In this document: one piece after another, positions 1-13,929 of the stretch
Numbering within the stretch: position 1 is the first letter of the stretch
Layout: every line of letters starts with the position of its first letter
Origin: Mobula hypostoma
Taxonomy: Eukaryota
Length of the DNA stretch: 64,000 nt
Reading direction: 5' to 3'
Assembly: GCF_963921235.1 (NCBI RefSeq)
Contig: NC_086097.1
Coordinates: 73,348,001-73,412,000 of the forward strand
The notes under the pieces: generated by a model
The model's input: the letters and a program-made list of their open reading frames with translations, nothing else
Databases searched by the model: none
Told to the model about the DNA's origin: nothing
Position numbers and translations under genes: made by a program

Positions 1-2420
1 TATCAATGAGGCATAGGAAGAGTTGCGGAGCAATGCCAGTGTAGGCTTGGAACATGGACTGTTCCACATAGCAAACAAAAAGGCAAACATAGCTGGGACC
101 CACACGAATGCCCATGGCTGCTCCTTTGGTTTGAAGGAAGTGGGAGGAGCTGAAGGAGTAATTATTGAGAGTGAGGACCAGTTCTGCCAACGGAAGAGAG
201 TGGTGGTGAAGGGGAACTGGTTGGATCTGCTGTCCAGAAAGAAGCAGAGAGCTTTAAGGCCCTCATGATGGGCGATGGAAGTGTATAGGGACTGGACGTA
301 GCATGTTTGTGTTACATGTGAAGTGTGGCTTCAACAGGAAGGACTGTTTAGGGCCCTGAATGAAGGTGAGGGAGGATGTGAATGGGCAGGTGTAACACTC
401 CTCCCACTTGCAAGAATAAATGCCAGGAGGGAGATTAGTGGGAAGGGATGAATGGGCAAGAGAATCACAGAGGCTGCTATTCCTGTGGAAGACAGAGAAT
501 TGGGGGAGGAGGTAGTAAAGATGTGTTTGGTGTAGGGTCCCCTTGAAGATGGCGGATATTGCAGAGGATGATGTGTTGGAAGAGAATCATAGGGTAGTAG
601 ATGAAGAACAGAGGAACTCTGTCCTTATTAAGGCAGCAGGAAGATGGGCTGAGGATAGATGTCAAGGAAATGGAGGAGATACAGGTGAGGACAGCATCAA
701 TGGTGGAGAAAGGGAAACTTTGTTCTTTGAAAAAGGAAGACATCAGAGATGGCCTGGATAGGAAAGCCTCAACCTAGGAACAGATGCGGCAGAGACAAAG
801 GAACTGTGAAAAGGTAATGGCACTTTTATAGGAGACAGGTTGGAAAAGGTATAGTCAAGACCATAAGACGTAGGAGCAGAATTAGGCCATTCAGCCCATT
901 CTGAATGGCTCTACCATTTCATCATGGCTGATCCCAGATTACACTCAACCCCATACACCTGCCTTCTTGCCATATCCTTTGATACCATGACCAATCAGGA
1001 AACGATGGACCTCCGCCGTAAATATAGGCACGGACTTGGCATCCACTGCAGTCTGTGGCAGAGTATTCCACAGAGTTGCTACTCTCTGACTAAAAATGTT
1101 CCTCCTTACCTCTGTTCTAAAAGGTCGACCCTCATCTTTGAGGCTGTGCCCTCTAATTCTGGATATCCTCACCATAGGAAATATCCTCTCCACATCCACC
1201 CTGTCTAGACGTTTCAACATTCGGTAGGTTTCAATGAGATCCTCCCGCATTCTTCTAAATTCCAATGAGTACAGGCCCAAAGCTGCCAAGTGCTCCTCAT
1301 GTGTTAATCCATTCATTCTCAGAATGAGGACATGAGTCAACGTTCACTGGGGCAGGAGCAGGCAGAAACAGTCGGCATAACTGAACAGTTAAGCTAGTGG
1401 ATATTGGCTAGGAGGTAGAAATGAGCACTGAGGGGTAAATGAACTGTGAGATTGGTGTCTGTGGTTAGGAGATCACCAGAATGGATGAAGTTGGTGATGG
1501 TTTCGGAGACAAATTTCTGACGTTCCTGAGTGTGGTCCTTTACAAAGGGTAAGTAACAGGAGGTGTCTAGAGTTTCTGTCTGGCTTCAGCAAAGTAGAGG
1601 TCAGTCCACCACACTATAACAGCACCCCTTTTTTCTGTGGCTTTCATGGTGAGGTTGTGATTGGTGCCGAGAGAGTGGATGGAAGTGAGTTCAAAAGGGA
1701 TAATGCTTGAAGAGGAAAGAGGAGTGCTGAAGTCGAGCCAGTTGATGTCTGCAATTAGGGATGAAAAGATTTAGAGCAGGCAGAGAACCAGAGAGGAGTG
1801 TTCATGAGGAAGAGGAAGGTTAGAGACAGGAGAAAGAGGTCATCGGTGTGGGGTGGTGAATTCTTGCCAAAGAAGTGGGCTCGGAGATAGAAGTAAAGTT
1901 TGACGCTGTGATGGGCGCAGAACCCACTGAGGTGCGGGCGAAGGGGGACAAAGATAAGGCCCTTGCCAAGGACAGAACATTCCACCTCAGAGAAGGGAAG
2001 GTTGGGGGGAATGATGAAAAACGTTGCAGGGATCAGAGGGAGGAAATAAGTTAGTGGTGTCAGAAGATGGGAGAGTGGGAAAGTATGGTGGGAGGAAAAT
2101 AAAGACTGAGGACTCGGGAGGTGGGGGGGATCCTGAGAAACCCGGGGTTGGGGGAGTAGTGATGGAGGAAGGGGAGCCCAGGGGCTCAGTGGCATTGGGG
2201 AAGGTCACAGCCTGGAGGTGAGGGTGGCCAAGTTCGGGGCTGGAGATAGAGCTGGAACTCATGTAATTTGCTGTCTAAAGGCATACTGGAACCTGAGTTG
2301 GAGATGGTGGGATACTCAGTCTGGAGATATCCGGGGTTGTTGTAGTTTGGGGTTCCTGCAGTCTGGAGGAGTCCAGCACTGTTGCAACCTGAGTTACACA
2401 GTCTGGAGGCATCTGATCAA
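1..2420 (-). mobile_element. Degraded, internally rearranged Penelope-like retroelement (N-terminal region, RT, thumb, start of GIY-YIG), interrupted by a CR1 tail at 862-1335
   Basis: Minus-strand translation gives VQSLYTSIAHHEGLKALCFFLD (RT motif A region, ~298-230), MSSFFKEQSFPFSTI...DRVPL...QHIILCNIRHLQGDPT (477-743) and ECSVLGKGLIFVPLRPHLS (1755-2195), homologous to the younger copy at 27158-29237. Confidence 0.85.
862..1335 (-). mobile_element. CR1-clade LINE 3' fragment
   Basis: ORF 945-1340 LGLYSLEFRRMREDLIETYRMLKRLDRVD...RGHSL...FSQRV is a CR1 ORF2 C-terminus, followed by a typical 3' tail. Confidence 0.9.
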
Positions 2421-5400
2421 ATCAAAGTCCAAAATAATGGTTACTCCGGATCCGATGCAGCACCAAAAAAAAACACGAAAGACAAAGAACACAATAATAA
2501 GAAATCTCAATAAATGTAAATACATAATATAGCTTATATACATAGGTTGATTGTAAGTCCATAAAGTGACATTAGGCTGTATATAAGGTGACTGACAGGA
2601 AATAATAAAGTGGTGGTGGAGTTAATGGATATAGATGTTGATCAGCCTTACTGTTTAGGTAAAGTAACTGTTTTTGAGTCTGTTCGTCCTTGCATTGACG
2701 CTATTTGGCCTCCTCCCTGTTGGGAATGGGACAACCAGTCCATGAGCATGGTGGGTAGGATTCTTCATGATGTTACTGGCCCTTTTCCAGCACTTTTCTG
2801 TATATATGTTCTTGGTGGTAGGAGGGCTGGTGCTGGTCATGCATTGGGCAGTTTTGATTACTCATTGTAGAGCCTTCCTGTTCGTTGCAGTGCGGTTTTT
2901 GTACCAAGCAGCGATGCAGCTTGTTAGGATGCTCTCTGCTACACATCTGTAGATTGACATGAGTATTGATGAGTATGGGTGGAGCTGAGAAACAGGAAAG
3001 GTATGGCCACATTAGTGGGATTGTATTACAGACCACCCAATAGTCAACGAGACTTGGAAGAGCAAATCTGCAGAGAGATAGCAGGCAACTGCAGGAAACA
3101 TAAAGTTGTGGTGGTAGGGGATTTTAGTCTTCCATACATTGATTGGAACTCCCATACTGTTAGGGGTCTAGATGGTTTAGAGTTTGTAAAATGTGTTCAG
3201 GAAAGTTTTCTAAATCAGTATATAGAGGGACCAACTAGAGGGGATGCAATATTGGATCTCCTGTTAGGAAACGAATTAGGGCAAGTGACAGAAGTCTGTG
3301 TAGGGGAGCACTTTGGTTCCAGTGATCATAACACCATTAGTTTCAATTTGATCATGGACAAGGATAGATCTGGTCCTAGGGTTGAGGTTCTGAACTGGAA
3401 GAAGGCCAAATTTGAAGAAATGAGAAAGGATCTAAAAAGCATGGATTGGGACAGGTTGTTCTCTGGCAAAGATGTGATTGGTAGGTGGGAAGCATTCAAA
3501 GGGGAAATTTTGAGAGTGCAGAGTTTGTATGTTCCTGTCAGGATTAAAGACAAATTGAATAGGAATAAGGAACCTTGGTTCTCAAGGGATATTGCAACTC
3601 TGATAAAGAAGAAGAGGGAGTTGTATGAAATGTATAGGAAACAGGGGGTAAATCAGGTGCTTGAGGAGTATAAGAAGTGCAAGAAAATACTTAAGGAAGA
3701 AATCAGGAGGGCAAAATGAAGACATGAGGTTGCCTTGGCAGTCAAAGTGAAGGATAATCCAAAGAGCTTTTACAAGTATATTAAGAGCAAAAGGATTGTA
3801 AGGGATAAAATTGGTCCTCTTGAAGATCAGAGTGGTCGGCTTTGTGCGGAACCAAAGGAAATGGGGGAGATCTTAAATAGGTTTTTTGCGTCTGTATTTA
3901 CTAAGGAAGCTGGCATGAAATCTATGGAATTGAGGGAATCAAGTAGTGAGACCATGGAAACTGTACAGATTGAAAAGGAGGAGGCACTTGCTGTCTTGAG
4001 GAAAATTAAAGTGGATAAATCCCCGGGACCTGACAGAGTGTTCCCTCGGACCTTGAAAGAGACTAGTGTTGAAATTGCGGGGACCCTGGCAGAAATATTT
4101 AAAATGTCGCTGTCTATGGGTGAAGTGCCGGAGGATTGGAGAGTGGCTCATGTTGTTCCATTGTTTAAAAAAGGATGGAAAAGTAATCCGGGAAATTATA
4201 GGCCGGTGAGTTTAACGTCAGTAGTAGGTAAGTTATTGGAGGGAGTACTAAGAGACAGAATCTACAAGCATTTGGATAGACAGGGGCTTATTAGGGAGAG
4301 TCAACATGGCTTTGTGCGTGGTAGGTCATGTTTGACCAATCTGTTGGAGTTTTTCGAGGAGGTTACCAGGAAAGTGGATGAAGGGAAGGCAGTGGATATT
4401 GTCTACGTGGACTTCAGTAAGGCCTTTGACAAGGTCCCGCATGGGAGGTTAGTTAGGAAAATTCAGTCGCTAGGTATATATGGAGAGGTGGTAAATTGGA
4501 TTAGACATTGGCTCGATGGAAGAAGCCAGAGAGTGGTGGTAGAGAATTGCTTCTCTGAGTGGAGGCCTGTGACCAGTGGTGTGCCACAGGGATCAATGCT
4601 GGGTCCATTGTTATTTGTCATCTATATCAATGATCTGTATGATAATGTGGTAAATTGGATCAGCAAGTTTGCTGATGATACAAAGATTGGAGGTGTAGTA
4701 GACAGTGAGGAAGGTTTTCAGAGCCTGCAGAGGGACTTAGACCAGCTGGAAAAATGGTCTGAAAAATGGCAGATGGAGTTTAATACTGACAAGTGTGAGG
4801 TATTGCACGTTGGAAGGACAAACCAGCGTAGAACATACAGTGTTAATGGTAAGGCACTGAGGAGTGCAGTGGAACAGAGGGATCTGGGAATACAGATACA
4901 AAATTCCCTAAAAGTGTCGTCACAGGTAGATAGGGTCGTAAAGAGAGCTTTTGGTACATTGGCCTTTATTAATCTAAGTATTGAGTATAAGAGCTGGAAT
5001 GTTATGATGAGGTTGTATAAGGCATTGGTGAGGCCGAATCTGGAGTATTGTGTTCAGTTTTGGTCACTAAATTACAGGAAGGATATAAATAAGGTTGAAA
5101 GAGTGCAGAGAAGGTTTACAAGGATGTTGCCGGAACTTGAGAAACTCAATTACAGAGAAAGGTTGAATAGGTTAGGACTTTATTCCCTGGAGCGTAGAAG
5201 AATGAGGGGAGATTTGATAGAGGTATATAAAATTATGATGGGTATAGATAGAGTGAATGCAAGCAGGCTTTTTCCACTGAGGCAAGGAGAGAGAAAAACC
5301 AGAGGACATGGGTTAAGGGTGAGGGGGGAAAAGTTTAAAGGGAACATTAGGGGGGTTTCTTCACACAGAGAGTAGTGGGAGTGTGGAATGAGCTGCCAGA

Positions 5401-6790
5401 CGAAGTGGTAAATGCGGGTTCTTTTTTAACATTTAAGAATAAATTGGACAGATACATGGATGGGAGGTGTATGGAGGGATATGGTCCATGTGCAGGTCAG
5501 TGGGACTAGGCAGAAAATGGTTCGGCACAGCCAAGAAGGGCCAAAGGGCCTGTTTATGTGCTGTAGTTTCTATGGTTTCTATGTGCAAAATCCAGCTCTC
5601 TTCAGCCTCCTCAGAAAGCAGAGGCATTGATGGGCTTTATTGATGGTGCAGGTTGTGTTCTAGGACCGTAAGAGATTATTTATGATGTGCACTCCCAGGA
5701 GTTTGAAACTGCTTGCAGTTACCACTGTGGTGTTGCTGATGTAAAGAGGGGTGTGAGTAGTACGAGTTGGTAACTATCTCCTTTGTCTTGTTGATATTAA
5801 GGAAGAGGTATTTGCCCGGCACCAGTCCTCAAGTTCTTCCACCTCCTCTCTGCAGGCTGTCTCATTGTTGGTGATGAACCCCACCGCTGTTGTGTCATCA
5901 GTAAACAACAATGTGATTTCTCAGGTGTTTAGCGGTGCAGTCGTGTGTGGGCAGAGTATACAGCAATGTGCTCAGCACACAGCTCTGGAGGGCATCAATG
6001 TTGAGGATGATGGGAAGGGACTAGCAGTTGTACATCATGTCTATCTGAGGTCTTTTCATTAGGAAGTCCAACACCCAATTGCACAGTGGTGTATTTAGAC
6101 TGAGAAGGAGTTTGTCCACCAAGGAGTGTGGGACAATAGTGCTGAATGTCAAACTGAAGTCCAGAAACAACATTCTGACATAAGTGTCATTGTTTTCTTG
6201 GCATGACAGGGCCAGGTGCATGACTGATGCTATGGCATCTGTCGTAGAGTAGTTCTGTCAGGAAGTATATTGGTGAGTGTTCAATATGACATGAATGGAG
6301 TTTTTGATATGTGCCATTATCAGCTCTTCAAAGCACTTCATGATGATTGGTGTCAGTGCCCTGGGTGGTAGTCGTTTAGTTCAGAAGGTGTGGAGTTCTT
6401 CCATACTGGGGTGATAGTGGCTGGTTTGAAACAGCTGACTACAGCACCCTAAATGAGTGAAGTGTTGAAGATGTCAGTAAGCTGGTGAACACCCTCCCCG
6501 GGTACTCGGCCTGGAATGTTGTCTGGCCCCGCCGCCTTTTGGGTGTTTACTCTCTGCAGAGCCCTTCTCATGTCTTCTGTTGTTTCACGAGGAAGTGGGG
6601 GGGGGGGGGTACCTTTCGTGGCCGGCATTGTGTTGCTTGCCTTGAAGCACGCGTAAAACTTGCTTAGAGCATCAGGAAGGGTGGTGAACTTGTACAGTCG
6701 ATGTTGTTTTCTCTCGCATAGTCAGTAATGCCCTTGATACCTAGCCACGTATCTGGTGATCGTTATCGGACAGGTGTTCCTGAAGTTTTT
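2420..6790 (-). mobile_element. Rex1/Babar-type LINE (degraded RT and 3' end), split by the CR1 insertion at 2974-5583
   Basis: KRASNIMKNPTHHAHGLVVPFPTGRR...RTNRLKNSY (2655-2840) and [19 protein letters not shown]...[14 protein letters not shown] (6021-6221); sequence resumes colinearly after 5583. Confidence 0.85.
2974..5583 (+). mobile_element. Young 5'-truncated CR1 (HER1-like) LINE; ORF2 with partial APE endonuclease and RT; one in-frame stop (3717-3719) and a frameshift near 5355
   Basis: ORFs 2979-3719 and 3735-5375 share a frame; motifs GDF, SDH, NYRPVSLTS, DFSKAFDKVPH, GVPQGS, KFADD; 3' tail GTTTCTATGGTTTCTATG. Confidence 0.97.
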
Positions 6791-7559
6791 TTCATGCAAA
6801 GGTGGCTTTTTCCCTGGATACCCAAGATGAGGTACCAATTACTATGTCTGTTTGTGTATTGTGTTTGCAGTAGTTAACCTAGTTTTCAGCTGTTTAAAGG
6901 AGAGGGATGTAGTATGATTAATTTCTTTTACTTGGATGACCAGGTGATAGTCCAAATTGTTTATGGTGAGTCATATGATAATGCTTTAACTTGCAAAATG
7001 TTTTTTTTTTATTGGGGCTCTTAATGAAGACTAAGAACTGAATGCATTCATGTGGATTGAGTGTAAGGAACTGGCAGAAACAATTAAAGTAGCTGCATTA
7101 CTCACTAGGTTAGACAGCATGTGTGGAGAGAAGCAGGTTCAATGTTCCAGATTGCTAATTTTTCATCAGAACCATTTTGGTTTTCTGCACAGATGCCTGC
7201 CTGATCAGCTGGCAATTCAAGCATTTTTCATATTTAATTTAGATTTACAGTACTTGCATTAGTTTGCTTCTTAATTGAAGTTGCTGGATTAGATGAGAAT
7301 TACTGATTGGAATATCTCTGAGGTAGTTGCTGCTGCTGGTGCTGCATCTATTATATATGAATGAAGGAAGTGGAGCAAGTTTAAAAAAAATGTTGGTGCT
7401 GGAAATTGAAGTAAGAATACAAAATGCAGGGAAAACTGAACAGGTCAGGCAGCATTTGTGATAAAGACCGAACTAATGTTCTAGGTCTGCAACCCTTGGA
7501 TCTGAAACTCTTCTTAAAGAAAACAAGGACTTCCATTTATAGGACACTGGGTGACCTTA

Positions 7560-8530
7560 AATACTTTATACTTTATCGTCGCCAAACAATTGATACTAGA
7601 ATGTACAATCATCATAGTGATAGTTGATTCTGCTCTTGCCACTCCCTGGATTACAAATCAATAGTAAATATTAAAAATTTAAATTATAATCCATAAATAG
7701 AAAATAGAAAAATGGAAAGTAAGGTTGTGCAAAAAAACCGAGATGCAGATCCGGATATTTGGAGGGTACGGCTCAGATCCGGGTCAGGATCCGTTCGGCA
7801 CTCTTATCACAGTTGGAAAGAAGCTGTTCCCAAATCTGGGCGTATGAGTCTTCAAGCTCCTGAGCCTTCTCCCGGAGGGAAGAGGGACAAAAAGTGTGTT
7901 GGCTGGGTGAGTTATGTCCTTGTTTATCCTGGCAACACTGCTCCAACAGCGTGCGGTGTAAAGTGAGTCCAAGCATGGAAGATTGGTTTGTGTGATGTGC
8001 TGCACCGTGTTCACGATCTTCTACAGCTCCTCCGGTCTTGGACAGGACAGCTTCCATACCAGGTTGTGATGCACCCTAGAAGAATGCTTTCTAGGGTGCA
8101 TCTATAAAAATTAGTCAGGGTTTTAGGGGACAGGCTAAATTTCTTTAGTTTTCTCAGGAAGTAAAGGTGCTGGTGGGCCTTCTTGGCAGTGGACTGTGCT
8201 TGGTTGGACCAAGTCAGGTCATTTGTGATATTGACCCCGAAGAACTTAAAGCTTTTGACCTGTTCCACTTGCACACCACCGATGTAAATTGGGTTGTGCA
8301 GTCCGCTACTCCTTCTGAAGTCAACAACAAATTCCTTCGTCTTGCTGACGTTGAGGGATGGGTTATTGTCTTCACACCATGCCACCAGGTTCTTAATTTC
8401 CTCTCTGTACTCAAACTCATCATTACCTGAGATACAGCTACAATTGTTGTGTCATCAGCAAACTTATATATTGAGTTAGATGGAAACTTGGCTACATAAT
8501 CATTGGTGTACAGTGAGTACAGCGAGTACA
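7560..8530 (-). mobile_element. Rex1/Babar-type LINE, 5'-truncated
   Basis: [81 protein letters not shown]. Confidence 0.92.
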
Positions 8531-8549
8531 AGAGTTGAAATTCACTAAA

Positions 8550-8885
8550 CTGGTACATTTCTTATTGTTGCATGTACAAAATACAGTCAAAATCTGCATG
8601 CCATCCATACAGTTCATTTTACATCAATCCATCAAGGTAGTATAAAGGGAAAGCAGTAACAGAGAAGTTCAGGCAGGCAATAAGGCACAAGGCCATGGCA
8701 CAGTAGATTGAAGTCAAGAATCCATCTTGTTGTATAAGAGGTTTGTTCAGTGATTTTTATGGAAGTGGGATAGAAGCAGTCCTTGAGCCCGGTGGTAAGG
8801 ATCTTCAGCCCGATGGAAGGGAAGAGGAGAGAGAAAGTCAGTGGCGGGAGTCTGATTATAGTGGCTGCTTTACCAAGGCATTGCA
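8550..8885 (-). mobile_element. Degraded Rex1/Babar 3' fragment
   Basis: QCLGKAATII...TTGLKDCFYPTSI resembles the Rex C-terminus seen elsewhere in the window. Confidence 0.55.
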
Positions 8886-9869
8886 AAGTGTAGAGAGATT
8901 TGCGTGCTGCAATGTGTTAATGATCAAACAATCTATATCAGTTATGTTGCTTCAGAGATAAATATTTGCAAGGACACAGGAAAATTGTGTTCTTTGAAAT
9001 AGTGCCATGTGTTTTCCACAACCACCCAAAAGAGCAGTATTACATCCAGAAGTTTGGGTGATGGAACCTGACACTAATTTTGGGGTAGGAGGACAATGTG
9101 TTTGAAATAAAGGGTTGAGAATGATAGCATAGTCATTAAACTGATTTGGAAAAATGTGTAGGTACAGCAGTTGTTGCACACAAAAATACTACATGAAGGA
9201 AAGGTTAACAGTTCTATATAAAAATTTGTGACATAGCTGAGGATGAAACAAATGGAAAGTAAGGCATCTTGTTAGATTCAATGCCAAAGCAGATGGAAGA
9301 GCAGTGAAGAAGATTAATAAGATTTCGAACAAAATGAAGAAAATCATAGATTCATTTTCAAGAGGTAACGATCAAACAGTACGCTGCTCTTGTGAAATCA
9401 TACATTTTGATTTTGTTACCCAAGGAATGAAATATTCTAGTACTGGAAGAGGTCCAGTATGCAGGTACTGTATGAGGTTGATTTCTTCTGTCAGATAATG
9501 AAGAAAGATGGGTCAAGCTTCGACTTTTCAGCCTGAAGGGAAGCTTTTGATCTTTGATGTAAGCTAATGAAAACATGATTAATATATGGATTAAGCTTAT
9601 AGACATGTAGGGTTGTGGCAGAAGCCCTGGAAATACTTAATGTAAATAATGGGAGATGTCGAGACCTTGTCTTTTTCAATAATTGCACTTTTAGATGAGC
9701 CAAATGGTATTCCCTTGTCATAGTTATGCTAGAAATTTATGATTACTGAATCGCTTGATTCTGTATTTTTGCAGCAGCATCACAAACTGATTGAGACTGA
9801 TAGGTCAACACTGCTGTTTTCATGCAAAAGTGTGGGCACACTGCCACCCTGGGGATGAGGCAGTGTGAG

Positions 9870-10225
9870 AGAGAACGGAGATGCGGCGGGCGTGCTGGGT
9901 TGAGGGCTGACCCCTGCAGTCTGACTCTCCTGTCAAGGCCACTCCAAGGAAGATGAGCTGGATTGCCTCCATCTGCAGCTGGCCCAATACGAGATGAGAA
10001 ACTGCTGTGTACTTGTTTTTACAGAAATGTGGCTCCAGAATAATATTCCATGCACCATAAATCTTCAGGCCATGCGTCACGTGGTCTCGTGCTATTAATC
10101 TTTTTCCAACTGTATGTGCTGTCGCTGCTATATGTATTTGCTGTGTTTTCCAACTTGGCTCTGGAGGAGCACTGTTTCATTTAGTTGTATACATGTGTAC
10201 GGTTGAATGAGAATTAAACTTCCAC
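9870..10225 (+). mobile_element. Internally deleted Rex1/Babar-like remnant (endonuclease N-terminus joined to a 3' tail)
   Basis: Plus strand reads YEMRNCCVLVFTEMWLQNNIP (APE motif with TETW-like signature), then a Rex-like 3'UTR. Confidence 0.55.
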
Positions 10226-10449
10226 TTTTGTGACTTGATCTCTGTGTGAATCCAGAACAACTGCAATGTAATAAACTCAAATTCCCAGTTGAAGCATCTA
10301 GTATAAACCAACTGTATTAAGGCCACTGTGCAGGTGATAATTTATTTATCAAATCAATAGGAACATCCTGTAAAAAAAGATAAACAAGATCCATAATGTT
10401 GGGAAAAAAATAACACATTTGCAATGTCATGAGCAGTGGTTATTTTTCA

Positions 10450-11705
10450 GTAGAGATACAAGAGACTGTTGATGCCGGAATTTGAAGTAACAAGCTGTTC
10501 GAGGATCTCACCGTTGAGTAGAATCTATGGAGTCAAAGGGATAATTGACATTTTACGGCAAAAACTCTGCTCCAGGACACCAGGGAGGGGAGGTGGCCAC
10601 AATAAAGGGTGAGAAAGGAGCTAGAAGGAGATTGGTGGATTGTGGATGGATGAAGGAGGATTGGCATTTGGGACCCGTTAAGGGAGAGGGCGAGGTGGAA
10701 AATGAGGTAGATAGGCGATAGATTGGCAAAACAAAGGAAGCCAATGGAGCAAGGTGGGGAGAGGAGAGGGTGGAATGATCATAAAGACTATCAGTGCTGG
10801 TTTCTGATAAGTCAGGAAGGTGATAATTAGAACCATACAATGAGAACCGAAAGACAGATGGAACCATATGGGAGATGGTAGGATTCAGAGTATAAAATGT
10901 GTGGTTGGGTGGATGGAACTAGATGGGGCAGGGAGGAATCATCTACAGGTAATGAGGTGCTAGGGGGATGGGTATGGGAAAGGGGCCAAAACTGAGAGGA
11001 CCTAAGGTGCATGGGAGGAAGAGAGGGGGTGAGCAGAATGAAAGAGTTACCTATGAAAAGAGGACAATTTCAAGGTGAGCATCCCTTCACAATGAGGTAG
11101 TAAAATTGAGACACAAGACACTGCAGATATTGAAATCTAGAGGAACAAGCAATTAAATGGAGGGGCTCAGCAGATCAAGCAGCTTCTGATTGAAGGGCTT
11201 AGCAGGAAAAGAATCTGGAGACTTATTGATGTTGCTCCAGATTCCAACATCTGCAGTGTCCTGTGTCATCAGATGATAGGTGAAACCAGGTATGATGAGG
11301 GATTTGTGGGCAGATGGAGCAGGGGGATGAGGATGGTAGTTTTGCAACAGGCTGATGGGAACAGATAAGGAAAAAAGAAAAAAAACTGGGCAGGTGGAGC
11401 CAGGTTTGGGCTGGGGAGAAGGAAGTTGGAGAGAGAGGCTGGAAAGTGATGAGTGGAACCAGATATGGAGAGATGTTGGGCAGATGGAACAAGACAGGAG
11501 GAGATAGGAAGGGAGAAGAAACCCAGGTGAATAGTTGTGTGGGTGATAGGCAGATCTTCCTCTACCAACCCACCCAAGTTCTCTGTCCTTTGGTTCACCT
11601 TTTGCATTCCCCCCTTCTTTTGTTACATAGTTCCTCTAACAGATTGTTGCTTCAGATTTCAGCATTTGCAGTTTCTTGTATCTTCGTGTTCTTAATCTCT
11701 TGTTA
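10450..11705. mobile_element. Cluster of old Penelope 3'UTR/pseudo-LTR remnants in both orientations
   Basis: Purine-rich tracts and degenerate ctgcagatgctggaa/ttccagcatctgcag motifs (10465-10490, 11120-11140, 11240-11260, 11655-11675) like the pLTR at 29190-29237. Confidence 0.55.
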
Positions 11706-11924
11706 GGGCTGATGTACAGTGTTTGTGATTCCTCACAAGCAGTCAGCCTTTGAGAGCTTAAGTTATGGACAGCATTGTTATTCAATCTGAAAGGCATTAC
11801 AGCTGATCCACACACACAGAGTTCCAGAATCTCTTTTTATTTTAATATACTTTGCAGTAGTGTGCATGAGGTAGAGTAGGATAGCTATATAATTGCTTTT
11901 TTTGCCTCAGCGTTTTCAAGGGAG

Positions 11925-12130
11925 GATACAATAATTCAATGGCAGATTCTTCCCCTCTACCATCAGATTTCTGAATGATCCTTGAATCCTACCTTATTCT
12001 ATCTTTTTACTCTATTTATTTATTTTGTAATTTATAATAATTTTTGTCTTTGCACAGTAGTGCTGCTGCACTGCAAAGCAACAAATTACATGCCATGTAA
12101 ATCAATGATAATAAATTCAGTTCTGATTAT
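11925..12130 (+). mobile_element. Rex1/Babar 3' tail fragment
   Basis: ttcttcccctctaccatcagatttctgaatg...gataataaattcagttctgatt matches the 3' end of the copy at 48302-49377. Confidence 0.65.
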
Positions 12131-12239
12131 CATCAAGCAAAATTAGCCAGTATTCTAAACAGATGGCCATTCCACTTAAGGAACTACCCACTTCAGGGTA
12201 TGCACTATCTGGAAACTGGCAGCTTTGTCTACATCATGA

Positions 12240-12550
12240 GTGTAGTAGTGTGGTCAATAAATTACTGGACTAGCAAGTAGACTGCCTAACCATTGGTCCT
12301 GAACCCCAGTTCAAATATCAACAGAAGTTTGTGCATTTAAATTGAAGCAATGGAATAAATGTGAAGATTTTAAGCAAAAGCTGCTAACAATCAGCATAGT
12401 ACTATTTGATTGTTATAAACAGGTGTCATTAATGTCCTTCAGTTAAGGAAAGTTGTGATCCTTGTCTGGTCTGACCAAGATGTGACACAATTGCTGCCTT
12501 AGTTCAGTTAGTAATTACCAGTAATGTCACATTCCATGGGTAAATTTAAA
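12240..12550 (+). mobile_element. Old tRNA-head SINE (same family as 34528-34790)
   Basis: A/B-box-like head (agtgtggtc...gttcaaat) and shared body motif taatgtccttcagttaaggaaa...ctggtc. Confidence 0.5.
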
Positions 12551-13929
12551 TCAAAATTCCAGATTGGTCACCTATGCTAAAATTCTAAATCTGTGTCCCT
12601 GAGGATTTGTTATTATACTGACCACTTCAATACTGACCTGGCTCACAAAGACTTGAATGCTGTAGATTAGGGTTAGAGCAACATTTCTGATTTTCTTTCT
12701 CGTTAACTTCTTTGGTTACTTGAAGGAAAGAGGTCTTCAGACCATAATTCATCTGTTAATAGGCTTCTCTATTCATGGACGGCGATTTATTTGTTAGACT
12801 CTGTTGAAATGGAAAGTGGAAACGCACATAACACCTGACACATTGATAGTTATTGGCAGATTTGCTTTTTGCTGCTTGATTTCTGCTGTGGAATTTTCCA
12901 CTATTATTCCAGCTGTTAGGCAGAGTGGATATTTAAGTCGTGATACCCTGCTTCGTACTTTCACCAAAGATGAACCATTAAATTGATTGACCAGTACTGA
13001 TAGGCTATGAAATATTGCCTGAACTTCATTCATGTAGTTAATTGGATAATATTTTTAAACCAGTCATACCAATCTATGCAAACAATTCTCCAGCTCATTT
13101 GCAACCAGCAGCTCTGGATGATACATCTAAATGCTTTCTTTTTTGGAAGCTATGTAATAGCATATTTCTGCTAACAGAAGGTCTGCAATATTTTGTTCTA
13201 TGCAGACAATAATCATTTTTTCTTTCTCTGTTGCTGTAAACTGCAAGGTGATAGACCATGTGAGGAACAAAGAAAGATGATTTTTTTTTCCTTTTTGGTA
13301 CAGTCCTAAATATTTGGTATTCTGGGTTTTATAAATACAGAGTACAAAAAAAAACATAAATTTAGCCCCAGTCTGACTATCATGTTTAATTCTGGGAATT
13401 CAACATGAGCAAGGGTATGAAGGCCTGCCAGAGGGTAAGCTTTCCCAATCTTGAACATCCAGTGATTAAGTTCTGACTGTTCTACGTACCAAGAGAGTTC
13501 TTCACTGTGATCCTGACTGCAATTTACATAGAGTACTGCCAAAGGCAAATGTCAAGCAAGCACTCACTGTATTGAGTGCCATGATTAACAAGTGATTCAT
13601 TTTGAGGGGATGGTAGTGTTGAATGTTGTGCTGTAATCAATAAAGAATATCCTGATGTATGCATCTTCATCTACAAGAATGGTTCCAGAGATAGACTGGC
13701 AACGTGGGATGGTGCTGATCATATACGATGACATTTTACAGGCAGCTCACAAAACTACGAAATATGCATGTCCTGAACTGCTATCGCTACAGTCTGCAGC
13801 CTGTAATTTCCCTTTAAGTAACATACATTTGAGCCATCTAAAGGGACTGGTGATTTACGATCACTTGAAGGACTTAGTGAACTTGATTCTTTGGAATGTA
13901 GTTACAGCACCTTAAAGGTTGGCTGTCGC

